This document shows, one piece after another, positions 48,886-64,000 of a stretch of DNA of 64,000 bases (the stretch's first letter is position 1; each line of letters starts with the position of its first letter). Position numbers and translations under genes: made by a program. Below the pieces are notes generated by a model, which did not search any database, was not told the DNA's origin, and was given only the letters and a program-made list of their open reading frames with translations. The stretch covers positions 30,632-94,631 of the forward strand of contig FLMG01001771.1 in NCBI GenBank assembly GCA_900088475.1, in the 5' to 3' direction. The stretch is from Hyphochytrium catenoides (lineage: Eukaryota > Protista > Hyphochytriomycota).

Positions 48886-50169
48886 TCTCCAACGCAGATA
48901 CGCTATTAGGTCGCGATGCACCTCCTCACTATTTTTCTGCTTCCAGCTTGCGAAGCTCTATATGATGAGGACTAGACTAGATTGTCTTTACCAGCCCTTT
49001 GCGTACCTAGATTAGCCTATACACTGCTTGGCTCTCGACCTCGCCGTTGGACCGCCGTCAGAATGAACTTGCGAATCTGCCTGATCTCCACTTTCCGATG
49101 CTTCTGCAATCTTCATCAGCTTCGCTCTCTCACACTTTCTTTGGTTTACATGCTCTGCACCTACCCGCCGACACTAGAAACTACCTACCCACCCTTAGCA
49201 CTCCGAGAACTTGTAACTGGAACTGGAGAATATGGCTTAGCAGCTAGGGCTTTATTACCGTGGGCGCCTAGCGGAGGTGAGTGCTAGATAATCTCAAGGG
49301 CAAGATCGATACAAGAAAGGAGTCGATAATCGTATGATTGATCTTCTGCCTCATGATGTGATGGATCACCGGATTTATCCTTTTAGTTTTTCTAGAGGTT
49401 GAAGTTGCTGATGAAGCTTCTGATTGAGTGATGATGAAGGCTAGCTCCGCCCTCAGAGCATGGACATGAACATATAGTCACCGAAAGTGGTTGCATGGGT
49501 TCATTGATAGATAGCGCAGGTAGAGCTATCTTATTAGTTGCTTCCTCACCCTACTGTTACTGCTCGCACACTCATTTCTAAAGTGTTGCTCTCAGGTGGA
49601 CGAGCCTAAGACTAGATCTGAATCAACGAAGCTGACAAACTGCTTGGCGCGCTACAAAGTAGACGTAGAGTGCAGTCCAAACAAGCCTAATCGGCTGCGA
49701 TACTTACGAGTGGCTGTAAATAAGGCTTGAGGGGCTCATAAATCGTAAATATTAGGATTGCCAATGGTGTTATGGCGGCTATGAAGTCGGGGGTGCTCGT
49801 CTAGCCGCTGGCCTTGCCATAAACAGCTCTAACGTTGGGGTAGCCACCGTCAAATACAGAGCGTAGCATGGACCTAAGGCATGCCTTGGTGAGATCTGCC
49901 AGTGAGAATGATGGGCTGATAGAAAGATTGCCTTAAAAAACATTACTTGGGACCATACAGGGCAGTCGCAGTTATGTACTCGTTAATCCCCCGACCACCG
50001 CCCACCGATGGTAACCATTCGACGCCCTCAACCCAGTAGCCCTGTTTACAAGGATGAAGGCTGCAAAAGCAATGCGCTTGAGACATTGTTAACAATAACG
50101 ATAGGCAAATAATAATTATAGTATGAAGCACGCTAATGAAGACTTCGAGTAGAGGCACCGCCCAGTTCT

Positions 50170-51439
50170 TCATTGGCAAAGCTTCTTCAGCTCTGCGATC
50201 GTGTCGTGATAGGTAGTCACACTGTGCCCAATTGTCCTTTCCGAGGTATAGATCTCATAATCATTGCCTCCCTGCAAGACCGCAGCGTCAGGCAAGGCCC
50301 AATTATGTCAGGAGTATATCCTTTAAGTCTAGAGCAACTATTTCGTACCTCAAAGGTCTTATCACCGAAAAAGTGGATCTCATCAAAGTCCTTCGGGTCT
50401 AGGTATCTTAGGCAGTATGTCTTATCCCAGCCCTGCTCGCCAGACACACACCCAGTCAGCCGCTATGAGAGGACACTCTCGACACAGTGCGACATGCTTA
50501 CCTTAGGAAAGACATCAAAAGAGATCTGCAGATCAAAGCAGGTTAGCTCATACGTGATTTGATACTAGCACTCACCAACCCGTACCTGGCCACCAATAGA
50601 GTACGTTAAGTTCAAATGAGCGAACTTCGCTTGGAGCACGCTCACGAACTGCTTCCTTATGTTATGAACCTGTGTAAGGTTGGTCAGCTGCCAGGCAATG
50701 CAAGAGATACAACGATAGGAGGAGGGAAAGGGGCACAGTCAAAGGGCTGACCTTGTCATATTTCTCATAATCATCTCTCTCCTGCTGATTGCAGTTCCGA
50801 CCGATAGGAGACACGTTCAACATGCCCTTTCTGAACTCAATGAAGGTCCCCCTGAGGAGGATAATCAATAAGCAAACGCCTATGAAAGCCACATCGCCGT
50901 GCTTACCGCTTAATAGGAATATCGAGGTCAGCGATGTACTTGAGGCAAAAGTTGATAAGAGACTTGAGGTTATCTTCACCTAACTCGTCCTTGATGCTCT
51001 GAGCAGATAATCAAACGTGAGTTCTGTGACGGTACTAGATATGGTGACGTTAGAAGGATCCTTACGGTCTCGCCAATGAGTTTGCCCTCCTTGTACGCCA
51101 CGAGCCCGTTTTCAGCAAAATTATAGTCGAAGCTCTGGAGGGCTGGACAGAGGGTGAGCTTGGACGGCCATTGACGAGGGTCGCTCTCTAGAGTTGTATT
51201 ACCGTCATTCCCCAGCTGTTCCACCTGCTTAACGAGGTCGGATCCCCCAACGACTCCAATTGATATATTCTTCCTTGCCTCGGCAAGCGCTTGCTTCATC
51301 TCAGGCTTGATAGACTATATGGGAGAAGCAGAGTTAACTCCTTGGTAGGTCAGCAAGGCTCAAATCCAATTACCTGCCGAGGGACAGTTAGAGTCCCATC
51401 AACGTCAAAAAGAGCTAGGATTCTAGTGTTCTTCGTCAT
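50170..51439 (-). CDS. PMM: Phosphomannomutase (HAD superfamily, PMM/Sec53); multi-exon
   Basis: [88 protein letters not shown]. Confidence 0.95.
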
Positions 51440-52964
51440 GCTTCTCAAATGTAGCTGCGCGAGGGAGGGTATGCGACTGAGACTAGATCTGTTGTGCTTC
51501 AGAAGAGTGTTGAATATGTCAAAGTGTCCTACGTCAAGGAACTGTCCGCGTGCCACGTGACGCTTCGTGGCCACAGCTCTATTATAATGCCTTCACTCCC
51601 TGTACCCTATTGTTGGGACCTCCAGCGCTCTTCTGCGTGGCTTCTTGGGGGGCTGGTCAGTGTTTGTGTGCATCTTGATAGTGCTGGATACATTGTTGAG
51701 CCAGTTCTGGATGATGGATGGCTTCTCTTCCTCTCTACTGCGGCTGTAGAGCTGTTGGTGGCTTTCTCTTCATTTGTGCCGTTGGATGATTGTGAGATGA
51801 TGGATCTTTGTCAGCATAACTTGCTCAACTGGGTCAGGATGACCAGAGAACCTACTCCAGAAGACTGGCAGGTTACCGAGAGGGGTCACGTAGAGTAAAC
51901 CAAAAGTGCTGACCCTATACGGAATATGTAGGATTAACTGAAGTGGATTACAAAATAGAGAAGTATATGTCCGGAATCCTTTGTGAGGTGATACAATCGA
52001 CCAGCTCTTCCATTCACTGGGCGCCACCCTTCCAGCGCCAAGTGCCGCAGCGTCTGGGTTGGTTCCTTCGACGAGTTGGCAGAACTCATTTGCAGCTCAC
52101 TTTGTCATTGGTAGTGGCTGCGGCACGGGTAGAGTACGTCTGCATCCTTAGAAAATGTGGTAGAGAACGTGTGCCTGCCGGAATGTGTGGTAGGGGGTGC
52201 TAATCTTTATAAATCTTCCCACACCGACATCAAGCAGCAGTACCTAGCGTACTTAGCGTTGTCGAGACATCCTCTTCGCTTAGATATCTCAGCGGTGGCC
52301 TTTGTTCCCAAGCTATGCTCTATGATAGCCATCATCGATTCCCAAAACATTTTTATGTTCTCTATGGCAGTCTAACTTGAAGGTGACCGCCGTGGCGTTG
52401 TGGGAAGGGTACCTTAGCTTAAATCTCTACCTTATCCTTTCGTCAATAGTCCAACGAGCAAAAGAAGCAACGTTTTAGTAATCTTCAATGAGCTCTTTTC
52501 GTTGAGCGTTACTAAGAGTTTCTTCATATGAACAGAGGTTTTGGAGCCCTTAACAGCTGCTATTCATGTCATCCCAGGGTTGTCGCCTGTTAGTTGCATT
52601 CTCGAGGCTCCTGACCGGGTACAAGGCTTACAATGATACCAACCCAAAGCCGTCAAATTCCCAACCTCTATTTTCCGTAGACGTTGGGGCCCATGCTTTG
52701 GAAGATTAAATGTTAATGGGACGTAGCAGCCTCGCCCTTTGTCAGTCATGGGATAGCGTGGAGCAGAAATGTTCTATTTTGAGGCGCCTGCCGTCCTGTT
52801 CTACATTCCCTTTGGCATCCATCTTTCCATGCATTATTCGTCGTTATACTCCCTCTATAGCTCACTGTCTTCAGGATTGGTAACAGTTATGGTGCTTGAC
52901 CCATCGCTAATAGTGGCAGTATCGGCGCTTCCTCGCCATGACTGCAAGACCTCTTGCCGAAGAC

Positions 52965-53040
52965 ANNNNNNNNNNNNNNNNNNNNNNNNNNNNNNNNNNN
53001 NNNNNNNNNNNNNNNNNNNNNNNNNNNNNNNNNNNNNNNN
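52965..53040. other. Assembly gap (N run)
   Basis: N characters. Confidence 1.
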
Positions 53041-53887
53041 ACTCAGGGGAAGTGCAGGCATTTACACAGTTCGCACTCTCGTCCAATGGCAACTGCTGGC
53101 AAACATGTTGCTCACAGGATCGCCGCTGTACCCTCCATTTCTGATCAATCTTTTTGGCAAGAACATAGCGTATTCTTAGAGTAGTAAGACTGCATTGATA
53201 CGGAGGTACTTCTTACCGCTTGGAATCTGCGATTCCTTGCATTTAGACAAAGGCTAGGTTGCGGGATCTCAAGGAGGAGAAGATAGCAGAAGAACAGCAG
53301 TGCTCTAAGCAGCGGCCATCCGGTGATCATCTGGCTAAGATCTGAGAACGAAGCTGAGCACTTCTGGCATAGTCGGGCAACCAGCAGCCAGGGCCTTCAA
53401 AGGCCTGACCTGATATCTGGAGCTTAGCACGAAGAAGACTCGGTGTAGGTCCTAGCAGCAGTGGGGCTTTGCGTGCTGCATTGCTAAGCGGAACGTCATT
53501 TAGTATGGACGTCTAGAGAGCCAAGCAGCCCCAATCCTTTGAATTATCGTATGTCCTTTGTTCGGAGGACGCGTAGAGAAAGCAGGCAATGTGTCTTTGA
53601 GAAATAGCACTCATAGGTTCGGCGACAAATGATCTTCCAAGTAAAGATGCTAGACTACTAGGACAGAGTCATGCAGAAACAGAAGAATCTCATTCACCTC
53701 CATCATCAATCACACTCTTGGGCGACTGGACCCAAGGGTTTTAAAAAAAAAAAGGTCTTCCGGTACTGGAAGATGGGCTTTCTACAAGGTGTCTACTAAA
53801 GTAAAGTAAAACGGTCCCAAAGTGCTGCGAATGTCCACAACCCGTATTACCCACTATTGTTGCCACCACCGCGTGTATGATCTATCT

Positions 53888-53959
53888 TTGATTATCCTTT
53901 GTTAGTTACCAGAGGTTTTGCTTCATTGATTATCCTTTGTTAGTTACCAGAGATTTTGC
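53888..53959 (+). repeat. Direct tandem duplication, period 38 bp, upstream of MCM2
   Basis: ttgattatcctttgttagttaccagagRttttgc at 53888 and 53926. Confidence 0.93.
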
Positions 53960-53973
53960 GCCATTTATTGCAG

Positions 53974-53985
53974 TTTTGGCGGGAA
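53974..53985. promoter_or_regulatory. E2F/DP-type binding site upstream of MCM2
   Basis: TTTTGGCGGGAA (reverse complement TTCCCGCCAAAA) about 250 bp before the MCM2 ATG. A second weaker match TTTTGCGCCA lies at 53954-53963. Confidence 0.6.
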
Positions 53986-54236
53986 GCTATGATCTGCAAA
54001 ATAGAGAAAAATAGCATATGCTGAACCTTTCCTCGCAAGCTGGCAGCGAGCTCTGAGACTGCTGGCTCATTGCCTCATCATGAAGGGCTTCCCATAAAGC
54101 TTCGCTCTATCCCTTGTCCATTGTAAAGAGCTGCTTTAACCCCGGAAAGTCTCTCCGGTCTAACGTCAAGTTCGAGCTACGAGGACCGTTGCGCTGCGCA
54201 TAAAGGTCAGCCGTCAGGGAACCACATTGAGGAAAG

Positions 54237-59522
<5,286 letters not shown>

Positions 59523-59706
59523 GGAACTAAAGGTTGCCCATATGCCATAACAGAGACGAGCAGTTGCTCCCACACATCCAGGACCACCCGTGTGAGAGAG
59601 ACATTGGAATGGAAGTAGGAGAGGGGAACGCCCATTATGTCGATATCGCGTCTGGGGTCATCAGAGTGCTCTACATGCTAACCTCCAGCGCTAATGTAAC
59701 ATAAAG

Positions 59707-62120
59707 TCACCATCCTACGTGACAGTAAGGATGGCTATCGTGCAACATTTTAGCATACAAAGCTGTCGTCGAGTTGTCCGTCACTCCCGCTAACGATATG
59801 AAGGTCAAGGGCTCCTTTCGATGCGAGAGAGCCTTGAAAGAGAGGAGAGACAGTCTGTTACACCCTCGAAGGTGCAAGGCATTCAGCTTTTGGCAGCCCT
59901 CTAACAGCCTCAGTAGGCCTGTGTCCGTGATGTTATAGCACATTGCCAGTGCCACAGACCGCAAATCGGGGCAGTTCAGAGCAAGAGAGAACAAGCTGTG
60001 GGCAGAGAGGAGACAGGGCCGATAAAAGACACGTGTAAGCGCAGATATATCTAGAAACTGGCAAGCCAAAGAGCGAAGAAAGAAGAAAAGAGATCCAGGA
60101 AAGCCCAGAGCCTTCACACTGCAGCTTAAACGACAGGAGGGCAAGAGGAGAGCAAGGAATAGGAGATAGAGAGCAAATTCAGAGAACCGACAGCCTCTTC
60201 CATCGGAGTAGTCACCTGTCATCGGTCAGTCTGGTACACACAGCGAGCCCCAGAGTTTTGAGCTTAGGTGTCCCCTTCGTTATATTATTGACATCCGCAT
60301 CAGAAAGAGCAGAGCATTGGTTTAATTGCAGCTCTTCCAAGTTCCCTCCGTGCTCGCCAATAAACGTGAAAGACTTGGATGTGAGGTGCAGCCCAGAGAG
60401 AGAGAGCAGCGAGAGCCGCAGATGGGAAGAGAGAAGCGCCAGTATGCCATCGTCCTTCACTCCCGTACATCCTCGCAGCAGGACACATTCTAGCTCTTGA
60501 TACTGCTGATAGCGGCCTGAAGTTCATCAGCAATAGACGTCAGATCACCCAGTTACTTCTGACATAAGACCTTTGACCATTTCAGCTTCCTTGTCTTTTT
60601 TCCTTCTTCGACTTCTCACAAGGTCCCTCAGGCTCCTCCCACCTCTTCGCACTTGCTACCTCTTTCCCGCTTGACCATTAGGAACCTTAGCGGTTATATT
60701 GTGACCGACAATGGCTAGACCACGGAGATCACCTGTTACCTCTAGTAAGTTACTTACGAAGGGCCACCAGCGCTGCTGATGTTAGCTTCGGTAAGTTTGA
60801 CAAGTCTAACCTCTGCAGCCTAGGAATGGACCGCGCCAGCGCCTCGATGGCTTGCGAGGTAACCTAAAGCAGTGTTTTATTGACAAGATTCGAAGGTAGA
60901 AAGACTCAGAGTATCTTTACCTTGAGACAGCGGTCGATGTTAAGATCTGTGAGGGCTGGACAGTGCCGTGCAAGATAAAAGATTGACTCGTTTGAGACTC
61001 GAGCACAGCGTGAGACATTCAGACGGCGGAGATGCGGGCTTCGCAGGATAATCGGGATCAGACCCTAAGGGCAGAGCACAAGCATGTCACTGGTATGACC
61101 AGAAATGTAGAGAAGTGACCACACGACAAGAAGATTTTATTGGAGGCTGAACAGATTGGAGCCCGACTAGTAGGTTAGAAAGAATAAGGAACGATGTGAC
61201 TTTGCGCATCTCTCACCTCATCCGAAAGCCGAGTACATTGTGAGAGATCCAGGTCAATTATTGAGGTCAGGTTCTCTGACATAGCGTGAAACCCTACGTA
61301 CAAATATCCAGGTTAGCAAGAGGGCGAAGGAATAGAGAGACACAGACACAGAGAAAGAAAGGAATATATTAGTAAGCCGCCCCTTAGCCATCTTTCCTGA
61401 TTCAAAACTTACCTTCACTGCCCACACGATGGCTAGTCAGAGAGAAGGTCCTGAGGTTAGGACAACCCTTGCAAACAACGGAGAAAGAGTCGTTCTCCAG
61501 CGCTTTATTCTCCAGCTTCAGTTGCTCGAGCTGTGGTCCAAAACGAGAAACGACGCTGCACATGACGGAGAAGGAATAGGTGGAGGACCAACGCTTCAGC
61601 GACAACCACAATGCAGATTCAGAAACCACGACCATAGAGACAGGAGATCTAGTGTCACAACTGGACGACCAGACAGGCGCAGTCTGGAGATCGGAGAATG
61701 TTGAATGTTGGGCAAAGGGCAAGGTAGGTAGAGACAACCCAGAAAAGAAATAAGGAGTTATGGAAAGACAGCTACCCTGAAGTCCGACCTCTCTAAGAGC
61801 TCTCGATTGACCTTGACACCGAAGAGACAGAGGCTCCTCATCTTGCTATGGAGTTTGACGTCTGGCGAGGTCTTTGGATCTTTCAAGCGGTTAATCTGTG
61901 ACGGAGAGAGACAAAGCAAAGAGCAAGAGCAGCAAACGATAGGAAGGTTTAAATCAGAGAGTCTTTGGTCCAAAGCTCCTGTGTCGACCTACCGCATGCT
62001 GAAGCTGGAAGTGTCCGGTGCACCATGTCTATAGATGGTCAACGAGTGAGCAGATGGGCACGATAGGGTTAACAGAGCCAAAGAACGTTGCAAACAGAAA
62101 GAAATAGAGAAAGGGGAGAG

Positions 62121-62151
<31 letters not shown>

Positions 62152-62599
62152 TAGGAAGAAAGAAAGATAGAGCTCGAAAGAGAAAGAGAGACAGAAAGAA
62201 ACAAAGAGAGAACAACAAGGAGAGAGAGTCAAGAGAGAGAGAGTGTGTGTGAGAGAGAGAGACACATACAGAGGAGCGAGAGCGGCATGTAGAAGGAGGA
62301 GGCAAGCAAAGGGGCCCCCACAGTGTCCGTACCAAGTCTATCGTATCTTCCATTGCCACAGAGAGATCCGCCAGCCGATGCCACGCAGAGCATACGAGCG
62401 CAACTGTGGTCCATCGGATTTTCAGCGGGAGATAGCGGAAGAGATCCAACAGAAGACTTTCTATCTGAAGATCTCCCAGCCTAGCGCCCGGCGTCACAGC
62501 CTCGGCAGGCCGGGCAGCCCATGGCTCTGGGAGCTCCGGAGGACGAGTTAACTCTGAGCTACCTTCTTCAGGAGACGGCAAGCTGTTCTTTCTCGACAT
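59707..62599 (-). CDS. F-box/leucine-rich repeat protein (FBXL/AMN1-type cysteine-containing LRRs); multi-exon
   Basis: F-box LGDLQIESLLLDLFRYLPLKIRWTTVALVCSAWHRL, then LRRs (LEELQLNQCSALSD, LKTLGLAVCTRLTD, LAMCYNITDTGL, LHLRGCNRLS). Confidence 0.85.
62100..62265 (+). repeat. (AG)n-rich microsatellite tract in F-box gene intron 1
   Basis: Long agagag runs with a short gtgt run. Confidence 0.9.
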
Positions 62600-63109
62600 C
62601 TTCACGAAGTCTGAACCTTCAGATTTACCAGGAGCCTGAGGTTCTGCCTGAGCCGCTGGTCTCTTCCGTCAGTCTTTATCGTCTACAACGGGATGTCGAC
62701 TAGGACCGAAGCAAGTAGGAAAGAGGTGAAGATCACAGGGAGAGAGAATACAAGCAAGAAGGAAAGACAGGTGGAAAGAGGTGCATACGGAGAGAAACCA
62801 AAGAAGAGATAAGAGAGAGGAGGAGGCGACAGGTTAACGGGCTCAAGCCAGACTTAAGGGTCCCAGAAGAAAGAGAGACCAACTGAACGAGGACTCATAG
62901 ACAAGGGAGAGAACGAGAAGAGAGAAACTTGTGAGTAGCGGAGACACAAGACATAGAACTAAGAGGAAGGGTGAAGAGAGAGAGAAGGGAGAAGAGCTGA
63001 AAGGAGGGAGAAGGACAGAGCGACCAGCGAGACAAAGCGAGTAGGACGTTTGAAGGAAGAGAAGTTAGCCGATCCGAAGCGGTGCGAACCCAACCCCAAA
63101 TGATGAGGA

Positions 63110-63315
63110 CAGAAGATAGAGAGGAGAGAGAGAGAGAAAAAGAACGAGAGAGAGAGACAGAGAGAGAGAGACAGAGTAAGCGAGAGAAAAAGGGGAAAAA
63201 GAGAGAGAGAGAGAGAGAGAAGAGAGACAGAGAGAGAAAGGAAGAGAGAGAGAGGGAGAGGGAGAGAGAGAGAAAGAGAGGGGAGAGAGAGTGAGACAGC
63301 GAGCGAGAGAGAGAA
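63110..63315 (+). repeat. (AG)n/purine-rich low-complexity tract
   Basis: Imperfect agagag repeats. They account for the spurious ER-rich ORF 63082-63294. Confidence 0.9.
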
Positions 63316-64000
63316 TGAAACAGGAGAATGTGATGGAAGACTACTAGGAACTACAGGACCATGACCTTTCCCTTCTTTCCCTTCCCTTGTTGCCTCCAGT
63401 CTCCTTTAAAATAGGACCAGGTTTTAAATTACTGAGTGGCCCGGTCCAGGAATATGATTCGACTGAAGAAGAACTACGAGTCGGTTTAATTCGCTACCAA
63501 TTCGGTTTGCAGTCTTACTAAGGCTCTAACGAAAGGGAACCTTTGAGAGGACAAATAAATTCGTGAGAGTAGGTGGGTACTGTCATATTCCTTTTCGGTA
63601 TTACGGTCAATAGACAGTAAAAGCGACCTCTTCTGGCAGCGAGTGTTGGTCTTGATGTTTCCTCTAAGAATAGAACTAATAACAATAGGTTCTTTGTTAT
63701 TGATGAGGATCTTGAGGGAGAATGCGAAGCGTCGATGATGAAGAGCCGAAGCTTTCTTAGCTTCTGGTCTCTTCCTTGCTACGTCTTCTTCCTTCTTCTT
63801 CTTCGTCATGATGTCCTATCTGTTCTTTGTTCTGCCATCTGGATCTTCTTTCTTCTTCCTCCTCTTCCTCCGTCCATCATCATCATAATGCACTATTTAT
63901 AATAACTGCCTTTCTTTTCTTCTCCTCCTTTTGCATCCATCGCGTCGGCCCCGCGGGTTAAGGTGTTGACCTGCGATCTTTGTCCCCTCATCCCTGTCAG

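Noticed and set aside
51494-52375. Gene divergent from PMM on the plus strand
   Set aside because: An apparent intron at ~51872-51930 does not join the ORFs into an open frame, and no homology is recognised.

Overview
Gene-dense, intron-rich eukaryotic nuclear DNA using the standard genetic code, with three N gaps. It is probably from a flagellated protist, since three cilium/basal-body genes are present; stramenopile affinity is only my impression from the housekeeping proteins. Genes in order: CFAP47-like (-, runs off the window start), TBC1D7-like (-), CEP83-like coiled-coil (+), TIM9 (-), calpain-7/PalB (-), ARL6/BBS3 (+), EMC7 (-), a tandem pair of large paralogues (+, 30.6-41.4 kb) in a gene-poor low-complexity block, NDPK (+), an intronless bacterial-type O-acetylhomoserine sulfhydrylase (-), eRF3 (-), PMM (-), MCM2 (+) and an F-box/LRR gene (-). 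The best candidate for a new system is the tandem pair. Each copy fuses a LOTUS/OST-HTH-like helical domain, an EXD1/Egalitarian-like DEDDy exonuclease fold with degenerate catalytic residues, and a Ycf45/SpoIIIAA-type P-loop ATPase. The two copies share three intron positions but have diverged asymmetrically. Other notable points: a U12-type (minor spliceosome) intron and an E2F site at MCM2, a likely HGT-derived metY, a GC-AG intron and two short tandem duplications. All gene models were spliced by eye and no database searches were run.
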